Source of the DNA: Candidatus Zhuqueibacterota bacterium | Lineage (GTDB): Bacteria; Zhuqueibacterota; Zhuqueibacteria; Thermofontimicrobiales; Thiofontviventaceae | Length of the DNA stretch: 64,000 bases | Reading direction: 5' to 3' | NCBI GenBank assembly: GCA_016931935.1 | Contig: JAFGDW010000237.1 | Coordinates: 35,745 to 99,744, forward strand | Shown: in pieces, positions 48,333-61,600 of the stretch | Layout of the letters: the number at the start of each line of letters is the position of its first letter | How positions within the stretch are numbered: position 1 is the stretch's first letter | The notes under the pieces: model-generated | What the model was told of the DNA's origin: nothing | The model's input: the letters and a program-made list of their open reading frames with translations, nothing else | The model's database searches: none | Made by a program: the position numbers and the translations under genes

Positions 48333-48409
<77 letters not shown>

Positions 48410-48534
48410 ATGAATTTCAAATCCAAACCATATGAATCAGATCAATCGTAACACACCCAAATTGCACACCCATCGTTTTACCCCATATCAGTTTATACCC
48501 CATATTTTCTACATATTGATTAAGGAGAGCGTAT

Positions 48535-50166
48535 ATGAACAATGGAATGGTAAATGTTCCGATTCCAGCTAATGAGCCTATACTTGAATATAGGCCAGGG
48601 AGTCAGGAGCGAAAGCGGATCAAGTCAAGATTATCCGAACTTAAAGGACAACAACTTGATATCCCCATTATTATTGGCGGCCGTGAAGTAAGAAATGGTG
48701 AGCTTGCGGAATGCTGCATGCCCCATAATCACAAGCACGTCCTGGCGCATTATCACAAAGCCGGTCAAAAAGAAGTTAACATGGCCATAGATGCTGCGCT
48801 GGCAGCACGTCCTGAATGGGCGGCAATGTCCTGGGATGCACGGGCAGCAGTATTTCTGAAAGCTGCAGAATTACTATCCACGACGTACCGCGACACGTTA
48901 AATGCCGCTACAATGCTTGGCCAAAGTAAAACCATTCACCAAGCTGAAATTGACTCAGCGTGTGAATTGATTGATTTTTGGCGTTTTAATCCGCACTATA
49001 TGCAGATGATTTATCATCAACAACCTCAATCATCTCGCGGCTGTTGGAATATGGTTGAACATCGGTCACTTGAAGGATTCGTTTTTGCAGTGACGCCATT
49101 TAATTTTACGTCCATCGCTGGCAATTTACCTACATCCCCGGCAATGATGGGGAATGTTGTGATTTGGAAGCCAGCATCTTCAGCGGTATACTCAGCATAT
49201 CATATAATGGAAGTCTTAAAAATTGCTGGCTTACCCGATGGAGTTATAAATATGGTTCCCGGGCCGGGAGGCGCTGTTGGTAATCCGGTGATGGCCAGTC
49301 CACATCTTGCCGGAATACATTTTACTGGCTCTACTCCCGTCTTCCAGAATATGTGGCGTACTGTTGGTAATAACATTGAAAAATATAAAACCTATCCACG
49401 AATTGTTGGCGAAACAGGTGGTAAGGATTTTGTTTTTGTTCATCCTTCTGCGAACAGTGAAGAGGTCATAACTGCACTTGTTCGTGGGGCCTTTGAATAT
49501 CAAGGACAAAAATGTTCGGCTGCTTCACGCGGTTATATACCTGAAAGTTTGTGGTCGACTATGCGGGAAAGTTTGGTTGAGACATTGAAACGCGTCAAAA
49601 TGGGCGACCCGGAAGATTTTACCAATTTTATGGGTGCGATTATTGACAGGTCGGCTTACAATACAATTACCGATTATATAAAATTCGCTGCGGACTCGCC
49701 TGAAGCAGAAATTGTCGCTGGCGGCAATTATAGCGATAGCAAAGGCTTCTTCATTGAACCAACGATTATCCTTACAAATAATCCGCGCTTCAAAACAATG
49801 AAAGAAGAAATATTTGGACCAGTTCTGACAATTTATATTTATGCAGATAAGGAGTACGAGCAGGCACTGACACTCTGTGATAGTACATCGCCGTACGCAT
49901 TGACCGGTTCCATCTTTGCGCAAGATCGTAATGCGATTAATAAAGCACGGCAAATTTTAGTCAATGCTGCGGGAAATTTTTATATTAATGACAAACCGAC
50001 GGGAGCCGTTGTCGGACAACAGCCGTTCGGTGGGTCCCGTGCTTCAGGAACAAATGATAAGGCCGGTAGCATGATTAACTTACAACGCTGGGTTTCACCT
50101 CGGACAATAAAGGAGAAATTTGTACCGCCGACGGATTTTACTTATCCTTTTATGTCAGAGAAATAA
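48535..50166 (+). CDS. L-glutamate gamma-semialdehyde (delta-1-pyrroline-5-carboxylate) dehydrogenase, ALDH superfamily
   Basis: AAGGAGA is upstream. It has EYQGQKCSAASR and EIFGPV ALDH motifs. At 543 aa it is typical of RocA/PruA-type P5CDH. Confidence 0.8.
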   Translation: MNNGMVNVPIPANEPILEYRPGSQERKRIKSRLSELKGQQLDIPIIIGGREVRNGELAECCMPHNHKHVLAHYHKAGQKEVNMAIDAALAARPEWAAMSWDARAAVFLKAAELLSTTYRDTLNAATMLGQSKTIHQAEIDSACELIDFWRFNPHYMQMIYHQQPQSSRGCWNMVEHRSLEGFVFAVTPFNFTSIAGNLPTSPAMMGNVVIWKPASSAVYSAYHIMEVLKIAGLPDGVINMVPGPGGAVGNPVMASPHLAGIHFTGSTPVFQNMWRTVGNNIEKYKTYPRIVGETGGKDFVFVHPSANSEEVITALVRGAFEYQGQKCSAASRGYIPESLWSTMRESLVETLKRVKMGDPEDFTNFMGAIIDRSAYNTITDYIKFAADSPEAEIVAGGNYSDSKGFFIEPTIILTNNPRFKTMKEEIFGPVLTIYIYADKEYEQALTLCDSTSPYALTGSIFAQDRNAINKARQILVNAAGNFYINDKPTGAVVGQQPFGGSRASGTNDKAGSMINLQRWVSPRTIKEKFVPPTDFTYPFMSEK

Positions 50167-50251
50167 CTCAGCCATGTTGAGCGATCGCATTACTTGAAGT
50201 AATGCGGTTACAGCGCAAAGGTAATAAAACGTTAACGATTTAGTTTAATTG

Positions 50252-50285
50252 AAAAAGGGTCTACCAATATTGGAAGACCCTTTTT
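50252..50285. terminator. Bidirectional intrinsic terminator between convergent genes
   Basis: It reads AAAAAGGGTCTACCAATATTGGAAGACCCTTTTT: an A-tract, a GC stem with one mismatch, and a T-tract. An additional 8-bp hairpin lies at 50186-50206. Confidence 0.7.
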
Positions 50286-50321
50286 ATTTAAGTTCATTTA
50301 TATTCGAGACGTAAAGAAAAA

Positions 50322-50873
50322 TTACACGGGACGTAATTTTTCCAAAAGCAGATTTATCTTTTGATAGAATTCATCAATCGTTCCATCATTGTATAGATGG
50401 TAATCCGCCATTTTCATGCATTCACTCAAATTTTGGGCAGTCGAAACCTGACTTTTTTCCAAATCCTCAATTCGCCGAAAACTCTCAAGATCAACAGCAT
50501 TTTCATTTCTGCCTCTCTGGTTCGCACGTTTAAATCGTTCTTCTATGGGTGCATCAATTGAAATCAGGTTAAAATTCTCCAGTGCGCGTAATGAATTCAC
50601 TTCGTAAACATTACGAATACTATCAATTACGACATCCGAATTTGCAGGTAGGTTCTCTTTAATCCTGTCAGCCAGTACTGATGCGCCGAATGTTTCCCGT
50701 AGATCGTTTCCGATCAATCTAAGATTTTCCCTGCTATGCTCCATGCCACGGCGAGTTAATTCATCGCGAATGCTGTCAGATAGCGAGAAATAAGAAAAGC
50801 CGGTATCTTTTAATAATCGCACGACACACGTTTTTCCAGATGCATTCGTTCCAGTCAATCCTAAAATTAGCAT
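50322..50873 (-). CDS. P-loop nucleotide kinase (dephospho-CoA-kinase / NMP-kinase-like)
   Basis: It has the Walker A motif GLTGTNASGKT near the N-terminus and is 183 aa. Confidence 0.4.
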   Translation of the reverse strand: MLILGLTGTNASGKTCVVRLLKDTGFSYFSLSDSIRDELTRRGMEHSRENLRLIGNDLRETFGASVLADRIKENLPANSDVVIDSIRNVYEVNSLRALENFNLISIDAPIEERFKRANQRGRNENAVDLESFRRIEDLEKSQVSTAQNLSECMKMADYHLYNDGTIDEFYQKINLLLEKLRPV

Positions 50874-51292
50874 GGCCTAAACATAAGAAAAAAAAATCGT
50901 GCAGTCAAGTAAAATATCGATCAGCAGCAATAAAGATGTTTCAAAATATTTATGAAGGTTTTAATAATTTAATAACATGTGGCTTACTGCGTATTTACTT
51001 AGCATCCTTTAAAAATAACGGATTATACTAACCTGTAACTATCTAATCATTTGATATTTAGTAATCTTATGTCCATTTATTTGGAATAATATTTGCAAAT
51101 AACAAATTCTTTCGAATCCTATTTTTATTATTTTTAGCGCAATTTGTCAGAAATTGTCCGATGTAAATGGATTAACACTATTAAAAACAATGTTTGATAC
51201 TAATGTGGAAACTTCATGTGTTACAGTGAACCATCCACAATATGCTGTTCCATTTCCAGCCACCCCTATGTATCAGAAAGGATATTCAAGTG

Positions 51293-52636
51293 ATGTACAG
51301 ATTTAGCCTCATTATCAGCGTACTTTTTTGCATCGTGGTACATGCATATGCTGCAAGCAAGTACGATCTTGCTGACAGCTATCTGCGTAATGGCGATTAT
51401 GAAATGGCGGTCGAGGAATATCAGAAAATATTAGAATCTGAGGGACCAGCCGCTTTATCCAACGATGTTCGCGCAATGGTCGGAAAAATAATTGGTCTTC
51501 ACCAATTGAAAAATTACACCCAATCATTTGCAATTTGTAAGCGTGTATTGAAACTGGACAAATTTAATAGTACAGCTATTTTTTACGCTGGACGCAATCT
51601 GGAATCCCTGCAAAATGATGAGCTGGCTTTGAAATTGTATCAATACTATGAACAAATTAAACCAAGTGATCCATATCGCTTCTATATCCGTGCCCGCTAC
51701 ACTTATCTGCAGGAGAAAGCAATTCAAACCCGAGTCAATAATGCCATTCAAGTTGAGGGGACATTAACAAATCAAAAATTACCTGATAATGCCGTTGCTG
51801 TTCTTTATCCGGTAAACGTCGGCATGGATGCTTCGTGGGATGTTCTGTCAAAAGGATTAACACAACTGATAATTACAGATATGGATAATATCCGCGCGCT
51901 ATCGGTAACCAGTCGAATTGAACTGCAACTTCTCATTGAAAAACTAAAATTCAATCCGATTGAATTAAGAAATGAAAATATTATTCCACGTTTTGGCAGG
52001 CTATTAAATGCAAAATATATTGTAAACGGAACATTTGAAGTTCAAAATAACAATCATATCAATTTACAGCTCGGAATACTAAATTTAAGTCAGCCGGATA
52101 TGATTCAAACTGTAGAATTTAAAGGTGATTTGAAAGACATATTTTCACTTGAAAAGCAGATTGCACAACATGTTTGGGAGCATATGGGCATAACTCCTCG
52201 CTCAAGCGAGCTAAACAAAATTCAGAATTACCAAACTAAAAATTTTGATGCTTTTATGTCCTATTGTCGCGGCCTTGATCTTTTGGATTACGGCAATCCT
52301 GATGGTGCGTATTCAAGTTTTACATTAGCTAGTCGTCAGGATGGCCATTTCATGTTGGCAGTAGACATGAAAGAAACTATCGATGCAATGATTACCATGC
52401 AAACAACCGATCTGGCTCTAAAGCATTTTGATATTATAAAACGTTCCGGCAGAAGTGCTTTTGCCGGCGGACAATTATCACTAAAGCGAACACGATTAAA
52501 CAGTGTGCTTTATAATTTGGATTTGGGTTATTTACCTGGTAATGAATCCCGCAAAGGACCGGTAGGATTTGATCCGATTGATGTAATTACTATCGAGCGA
52601 AAACTTCCGGAACCTCCAACACCACCATCAAACTAA
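51293..52636 (+). CDS. Secreted TPR-containing protein with Pro-rich C-terminus
   Basis: The ATG at 51293 (GTG at 51290) gives the signal peptide MYRFSLIISVLFCIVVHAYA. It has TPR-like helices (…YLRNGDYEMAVEEYQKILE…). Confidence 0.55.
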   Translation: MYRFSLIISVLFCIVVHAYAASKYDLADSYLRNGDYEMAVEEYQKILESEGPAALSNDVRAMVGKIIGLHQLKNYTQSFAICKRVLKLDKFNSTAIFYAGRNLESLQNDELALKLYQYYEQIKPSDPYRFYIRARYTYLQEKAIQTRVNNAIQVEGTLTNQKLPDNAVAVLYPVNVGMDASWDVLSKGLTQLIITDMDNIRALSVTSRIELQLLIEKLKFNPIELRNENIIPRFGRLLNAKYIVNGTFEVQNNNHINLQLGILNLSQPDMIQTVEFKGDLKDIFSLEKQIAQHVWEHMGITPRSSELNKIQNYQTKNFDAFMSYCRGLDLLDYGNPDGAYSSFTLASRQDGHFMLAVDMKETIDAMITMQTTDLALKHFDIIKRSGRSAFAGGQLSLKRTRLNSVLYNLDLGYLPGNESRKGPVGFDPIDVITIERKLPEPPTPPSN

Positions 52637-52661
52637 TGATTTGAATCAGCGGAGAATAAAA

Positions 52662-55600
52662 ATGAAATATCGCTTCTTATTTATAGCTTTAATGCTGTGT
52701 TTTATAATTAATCCGGCTTTCGGACAAGCGCCAGTAATCAGCAATATCTCAGTGCAGCAACGAGGCGGAGAAGATATCGTCGACATTTCCTATGATTTAT
52801 CTGCGTCATCGGAGATAATTGTCCGAGTCTCGATTTTTAATGACAATGAGGATATAAACGCAAATAGTATTACCGGTAACGGGAAAGGCTTCGTTTCGCC
52901 AGGTGAAGAAAAAACGTTGGTATGGAATGCAGGCGAAGATTTTCCAAATCAATATAGTGAAGAAATGACAGTAAAATTTGAAGCAATTGATGTGGATTAT
53001 AATGTCGTTTTCACTAGTGAACTGTTCACAGTTGATACACGTGTGAATAAGCCGCCGGTAGATGGTTGGCAAACAATTTCCAATAATGGAAATACCTTTA
53101 ATGAACAAATACTTATAGATAATAAAGGGAAAATTTGGTGCTTCTATCTAAAATCGACTGGCACTCGCCCCGATTACTGCCTGAAAGTGCTTGATGAAGA
53201 AGGATATATTTATAAAACCGAACGCGTTGTTGCTCATGGATCGGCGCTTGTTACAGGCAAACATCAGACAATTCGGGCTGCAGTAAACAAATTGACAGGC
53301 AATGTATGGGCAGTATTTCAGGGAAGCCATGCTGAAAATCAAACCGGCTTTTTTGTGATTTTTAATGATACAGCGGGAATTAAGCAGGATTCAACGGCAC
53401 TTACTTCAACCACAGATGCAGTAAACGCTCCGAAAGTCGCCGCTGCTCTCAATGGTGACATGTGGTTTAGTTGGCATGGTGGTATTCCTCGAACTGCCAA
53501 TGCAATCGGTGAATATATTCGCTATACCAACTATGGCGAACCAGTGGGATCCACGAGCACTTTTCTGAATGATGCTGATAACGGATTGTTCAATACTGAC
53601 ATTGCCGTCGATAAAAACAATCGCATTTGGTTGCTTGTTGAACGTTCCGAAGATGATTATAAATCACAGTATTATATTTCCAATACTGAAAAAGTGATTA
53701 TCAGCTCCGGAGATATCTCATCCGATAATTTTTATTTTGATCCTCGAATGTCAATCTATGCTGATACATATAACGATCGGATTTGGGTTCTGCAAAAGAA
53801 TATTGACTCCACCTACTATCGAATAAATGGCTATTATTTAGTCGATGAAGCTGTGAACACGACCACCCCGATTTTATCGACGGGTATTTGTTCCTTTATA
53901 ATGAATGAAAACAGAAATCTTGAAGTTGTACGATATAATCCAACGAATCAACGATACCAATTTCGCGAATATAATGGAACTACGGGAGCCATTATCGGAA
54001 TTGATCAGTGGCAAACTCTGTTTTCAGGATTACCTAATCCCGGGCCAGTAGATAATTATGTTGCTTATAACGAGAAGTACTCAACGCGGAAAGTATATCT
54101 GGCTCATACAGACACTGAATTACTTAAAGTAAAACTAAAAGATGCTGTCCTTCGAACTGCCGCAATCGCTGCAATTCCGGATACGATCCGATTTGGTAGT
54201 GTCGGAACTGATACTATCAAGACATCAACATTTCGTATTAAAAATATTGGCACCGAGATAGTTAATATTCAAAATATTTCATCTTCAAACGCACGCTTCA
54301 CCGTAAATAAAACAGAAATAGAATTGAATCCAGGTGATTCGACAACCGTTACTGTAACATTCTCGCCAAATGCAGTCGGGGATATAAGTGGTATAATCAC
54401 AATTACAAGTAATGCGGATAGCGGAACTGAAACAGTATATGCTACCGGTTCCGGATACATTCGTACCTGGTCTCTCACGACAAATCCCACCGCTTTGAAT
54501 TTCGGGGAAGTATCCACAATCTCTGTTAAACGGGATTCATTCTATGTGCGAAATATTGGGAATCAGCGATTAACAATCACAAATATTACATCCAGCAATG
54601 ATCGCTTCACGATTCTGCAACAGGATCGAAATTTCTCGTTAAGCGTAGGCGATTCTCATATTGTCCGCATTGATTTCACTCCGAACGCTGAATCAATTTT
54701 CAACGGAACAGCTAATATTTACAGCAATGCCGGCGTGGAACCGCATCAAGTAAGTTTAACCGGCCGTGGATACGTTTATACTGCCGCTAATTTTTTCCTT
54801 GAACCGACCTCCATTGATTTTGATAGTGTTCTGGTTGGTGAATCCAGTACAGATTCTTTCATTGTAAAAAATACAGGCAATCTGAAACTCGAAGTACGAA
54901 GTGTTGTTTCTAATGACGCACGATTTGCTGTTTTAAAAGAAGATTCTGTATTTAATGTCAGCCCGGGTGATTCACATACCGTGGAAATTGTTTTTACGCC
55001 GACTTCAACCAAAACGTATGAGGGCACGATCACATTTATAAATAATGATCCGGAAACCCCGGAAATATTCGCAACAGTTACAGGACGGGGTTTTTCATAT
55101 GGAACGCCACATATCGTTGTAAGTAAGCAATCGGTGACATTTCAAGATGTGATTGTCGGTCAATCAGATACTAATTTTGTAGACATAATAAATACTGGAA
55201 CCAATGTACTTAAAATAGAGAGCATATCACTAAAGGATTCCTTCTATATAGCCTACTTTGATACTGCAAAATGGGGCACAAAACCAGAATTACACCCAAA
55301 CGATAGTGAAAAACCATTTATGAGAGTTAACGTTATTTTTACTCCAACACGTTTGGGAGATATGGATGCTACATTATATATCCTAAGCAATGATCCGGAG
55401 TTTCCACAAAAATCAATTTCAGTTGTCGGTTCTTCAAGGAATGCAGCACCTCCTGAAATATCTCTTCCACCATCGCTTGCATTTGAAAATGCCATTGTCA
55501 GCCGTAAATATTCGACACAATTTTATATGGGTAATACAGGTGAACAAAATTTAATGATTTCAGGCTATCGTTTAAATTCTTCACAATTTAGTTTAAGCGG

Positions 55601-58600
55601 TGATTCAACCAGAACCTTAGCGCCTAAACAGTATTTAGAGTATACTCTGAAATTCAATCCGACGCAAACAGGTACGATTCAGGATACATTAACATTTTTA
55701 ACTAATGATCCCAATAATCCACAGGCAAAAATATCATTGATCGCTAATAATGTGCGTGAATTGTACGATCAAAAGATTTATGTAAATCTCTTATCATTGG
55801 AATTTGAAACTACTGCATTGGGCAAATCAACGTATAAATATATCAGGATTTACAATCAGGGTGAAAAAAACCTGAAAGTGACCAGTCTGTCCACAAACGA
55901 ATCTCAATTTATTGTCGACCTTGATAGTTTTACAGTATACCCTGGCAGCTATAAACCGGTCCCGATTCGATTTGAACCAATCAACGCAACGGAAATTTCC
56001 GGACAACTAACGATTTTAAGCAATGATCCTAAAAATGGAGAGGTAAATGTTTCATTAAGCGGGATGGGCAGAAATCTTGGTCCGGCTAATATCACTTCAA
56101 ATTTGACAACATTAAACTTCCAGACGGTTGCTGTCAATCATTCTGTGTCAAAATATATTCAAATAAAAAACACAGGTGAGAGTATTTTATCAGTTAGTAA
56201 CATCGAACTTATTAATGATAACTCAAATGTGTTTACCGTTAGTCCGAAATCGTTTCAACTCAATCCAGGATCATATCGGTGGGTAAATGTTATTTATACA
56301 CCGGTTGCAGTCGAAGTTTCGCAGGCCCAAATGGTTGTAAAAAGTAATGATGATGATCTTTCGATAAATCTGGTGGGTATTGGCCGGGAATTATTGGCTG
56401 CAGATATTTCAGTCAGTCATGAATTGTATAATTTTGAAGATGTGGGACTAAATCAGCAATCATCCTTCTATCTACAAATTCGAAACTATGGGGAGACAAC
56501 ATTAAGTGGAGCCATTGCTCTCTCTGATACTACGAATTACACCATATCTGCTTCAAGTTTTACTATAAATGGCGGTCAGTACAGAAATATTCTTGTGATA
56601 TTCCAACCAACAACAATTGGTCAATTAAATTGTCAGCTTAATATTTCTTCAAATGATCCGGAAACTCCAAAATATACAGTTAATTTAAATGGGCAGGGAC
56701 GCGAGCTGCAGCTACAAAATATTGTAATCCAGCCAACATCGATCGACTTCGGATCAGTCGCGATCGAGCGATCAGTCGTCCATTATTTTTTGGTGAACAA
56801 TTCGGGTGAAGCTGATTTACTAATCAATGGAATAACGAGTACAAATGCAAATATTTTTCAGGTTAAAAATGAATCCTTTACAGTAATGGCCGGGCGGTCA
56901 CGATATATTGCTGTTACATTTGAACCCGTCGAAAAAAGGGTTTATGAAGCTGCTATTCAAATTTCAAGCAACGATCCGGACCGACCATATTATGAATTGC
57001 CTGTTCAGGGCGAAGGCCGTGAATTGCTGGGTCCGATAGCGACGCTTAATCCCGATAGCCTTAATTTTGGTGGCGTTGCAGTAAACGATACGCTCAGTCT
57101 GCCCGTGATCATCCAAAATACTGGCGAAGAAGTGTTACAGATAAGTTCTGTTAATCGTGGTGAAACAGATAATTATTGGGTGAGCAAAGACAATTTCGAA
57201 ATTGAGCCGGGCCATTATGATATGTATTATGTCACGTTCAATCCAACTTCTTTGGACACATTTCCTGCACTGATTGAATTTGTAGATAATAGTGATAGTG
57301 CAACAATCCTGAAAGTAACCGGTTTTGGCCGTGATTCAATAGCTGCTCAACTGGTTTATAATGATGATGGAGTAAATTTCGGTAAAGTTGCGATCGGCAA
57401 TTCTTTCGTCAGAGAATTTACTGTTTCCAATGGTGGAGAGCTCCCGTTATCAATCCAACAAATCTCGATTGATAGTAGTGCGTTCACCGTAGATACAACA
57501 TCCTTCACATTATTGAAGCATCAACAAGAAACATTGGAAATTCAGTTTCAACCTGTAAAGGAAGATACTATTATCGCCAGTCTAAAATTCATAGCAAACG
57601 GTGAAATGGTGAGCGTACCATTGTATGCGCGAGGCAGAGAATTCGTCGCACAAACAATTGGTGTGCTTGCTGACACCTTGAGTTTTGGAAAGACAAAAAT
57701 TGCCTCAGCCAAGTCGTTACCTGTTACTGTTTACAATTATGGCGATGCAACATTACAGGTTTCCAATGTACTGACCAGTGATACCCAATTCACGCCGAAT
57801 ACGGATGGATTCAGCGTAGCACCGGGTCTGAGTTATTCCTTTAACGTGAGTTTTGTTCCTCAACAGGCAGACAGTATTTCCGCATTTCTCTATATTCAGA
57901 GTAATGATCCTGTACGATCCACCTATTCTATTTTCCTGAGTGGAACAGGCGTAGAGCCAGATATTCAGAAAATTGATGTTACACCGAATCCTGTGAAATT
58001 TCCACTCGTCTCCGTTAATGCCACCGGGCGACAATCTTTATGGATAAGCAATATTGGAGAAGACACGTTGAAAGTTACTAATATTATTAGTAATAATTCT
58101 GTATTTTCAACGTCGTTTTCAACGCCATTCAATATTTTGGCCGGTGAATACGAACAGGTGTATATTTATTTTTCACCAACTGAGGTAAAAACGTATGAGG
58201 CGAATATTCAAATAATAAATAATGATCCTTTGAATGATACATTGGCTGTGAGAGTTGAAGGAACAGCAAGGGTACTTGGCCCGCCACAAATAGCCATCGC
58301 TACGGATACTTTAAAATTTGAAGCAACACCAGTATCAAATTTGTACCAGCGCAATATATTAATTCAAAACATCGGTGAATCCACGCTTCACGTAAAGAAT
58401 GTTTCCACCTCAACAAATAGTCGTTTTTCAGCACAGGTAAATGAGTTTTCTGTTTTATCGCAAAACAGCTATTATTTATCAATTGGCTTTAAGCCGGATA
58501 GCATCGGAACTTTTTATGATTCACTGAAAATATCAAGCGATGATCCGACAGATAGTACTGTAACAATATATCTATATGGTATTGGTCGGAAGAATTATCC

Positions 58601-61600
58601 ACAAAAAATCGAAGTTTCAACAACAGAACTAAATTTTGGCACAACTGTTATCAATCGTCCTGTCACAAAATCATTCAGGATTTCTAACACAGGCGAGAGC
58701 AAGCTTACTGTGCTAAATATTGGCTTACAGGAATCATTTGCAAAAGAATTTCAATTCAGCTCTTCCTGGATGGTGCTTGAACCCGGTACGTATCAGGATA
58801 TTAATGTGACATACAATCCGACTACTAAAGATACGATTGGAATTGAATTTGAAATAAGAAGCAATGATCCTGACCATCCCAATAATTATGTAAAATTAAC
58901 TGCGAGGTGTTTGAATTACTTTGGCCCACAGTTAAGCATTTCACATTCATTCCTTAACTTTGGTTCGCTTATCGTTGGCGGACATAAAGAACAACGGTTT
59001 TACATTTCAAATTTGTCGTCTCAACAGGCGTTACAAATTGATAGTATTAGCGTCAATGCTCAATACCGCACCATTTATCAAATTTCACCTGCTTCATTTT
59101 CAGTGCCGCCACTTGGGCAAAGAGAAGTTATTGTTGAATTTTCTCCGGAGTTAGCTCAATATTATAATGCAAATCTTACAGTACATCATAATGACCAGTA
59201 TCCGGGCAGGGAAACTATTGACATTTATGCTCGCGGAACTCAATCGAGCGGAAGCTATGTGCTTAATCAGATTAGTGGTTGGACTGTAAATACACCACCA
59301 TATCCTTATACTAATATTTTTTCCAGTACTACCGGTACAGTGTATTTCGTCAAAGATATTTATATTACCGACATTATTTCATCGGCGCACTTATTTCTAT
59401 TTTTTGCCGATTCAATTGACTTTTACATAAATGGTTCATTAGTACTTTCCGCAAAAACAACGCGGGCGGATACAAGTTTCGTTTATGATATTCAAGATTA
59501 TGATGTATCTCCCTATCTTTTGTATGGTCGGAATAGAGTTGCTGCCAAGGTCTATTACAATGGCGGGTACGGCGCGTTCGATTGTGCGTTATTGGTAAAT
59601 GGCGAACCTGTAATTAAACACGGTCATAATTATTCTAGTGAACAATTATCATGGTGGAACTATTTCAATTATACGGGAAGTGGTTCAACGTCACCTATTA
59701 CTTTTGAAACCAGATATTGGTTTGATTTCGAATATGGCTGGTCCGGCGCGGATACGTTATTGACATCGTTTGAGTTTGAACCTGGTATTAATCCTTACTC
59801 AGTGTGGGATGCATCCTCATATGGACGACAGGCTACATTTAGTAATTTGACGTGGAAACGGGGAATTCGTGGTCAGGCACTTGAATTTACAGGAAATACA
59901 AATTCACATGTGTCATTTCAAGCGAGTTTAAACGGATTTCCACGCACATTTCAATTATGGTTCAACAATTATGGGAAACAATCCCATATTCAAACGATCT
60001 TAAGTAACAGTATGAACAATAGCAATGGCCGAGGTATGTATCTTGACACGAATAATATTTTGTATGTTTATTCGCGTAACGGGGCAATTTCTACTGGTTA
60101 TACGATTCTGCCTAACCGTTGGTATTTTGTGGCGCTACAATATCTTTCCGGACAAATTCGTGTTATTGTCGACCGAACAGTGGTAGCAACTTTTACCATA
60201 ACAGGGCAGGAAATAGGTGGTTCTGTAAATACATATCTAGGTGGCAATCCAATGCTTGACAGCGTTGAAAACGGCTTTTATGGTATGATAGATGATCTGG
60301 TTATTACGAATACTGCACCTGTAAACGTTCAAATACCGAATGTTATGACAGTCAGCTCGGCAGATACGATTACAAGCGCATCTGCCACAAATATTCCTGT
60401 TTCGTTGATTGTAAAACCAGCGCCGTTTGAAATGCAATCTGCCGAATTTCAATATGCAATTGGTGGAGAAAACAATTTTAAAACTATAAATGCGACTGTT
60501 ACCGATACGACGTCGGTGGATAGCATGCTTACATTCACCATTCCTGCCGTAGATGTGAATATTCGTGGTTTACGTTACAAATTACAACTTGAGACGAATT
60601 ATGGAACAATGCAATTCCCTGATGACGGCTCAAGTATTTGGGTACCAGTCTCAACAGTACAAGAAAGTGCACACGTCGTTCTGCGGGATACAATTTATCA
60701 GATGGTTTCAATTCCATACAATTTGGATAGTACATCCATTACCAGTATTTTCCAGGATAATTTTGGAGAATATGATCCCTATAATTGGCGGCTTTTCCGT
60801 TGGTTACCCAATCAAAAAATGTACGAAGAATATAATGATTCGAGTAGTGCAGGCTGGGAAAACATTGGCAGGGGAGAGGCTGTCTGGTTAGTAACAAAAG
60901 AACGGCCTTCTTTTAACGCAGGCGCAGGCTGGTCTGCATTAGATAATAATGATGTTCGCATTGAGTTGCAGCCAGGGTGGAATCAGATCGCAAATCCATT
61001 CCCATTTCCGGTACGTTGGACAGACATTCAATTAACCGCAAATGATGATCAGGTCTCCGACCCATTTTATTATCAAACCGCAGGTACAAGTATCGGATTC
61101 TTGAATTGGAGTGATTATAACCTGGAACCCTGGAAAGGCTATTTTGTAGAGAATCTTGATTCAACCTCGTCATTCCTGATTATTCCACCCGTTGCGGCGA
61201 CAAGTACTTCATTGGATAAGCAACAGGGATTGGTCAATATTCCGTCCAAATATCAGGATGCTGCGTTGCTGATTTCCTTAGATATTACTCGTGATAACTA
61301 TTCAGACAGGAATAATTTTATTGGTATAATCCATGGTGCCAGTGATAATCTCGATCGCTTTGATAATCATGAACCACCGCATATTAAAGATGGAATTTAT
61401 CTAAGCCTGCAAAACAATGTTGAAAAAAGCAAAAAATTTAGCGCAGATTTCCGATCATGGAATAATGATGGTCAGATCTGGATAGTCAATATTGAAAATG
61501 CAAAGCTGAAAAGGACAAGTTCAACATTTAATGTGAATCTTCACACCGAGCTACCTGCAGGCTGGTTATGCTATCTGTTTGATCTTAAGTCGGATGTCGC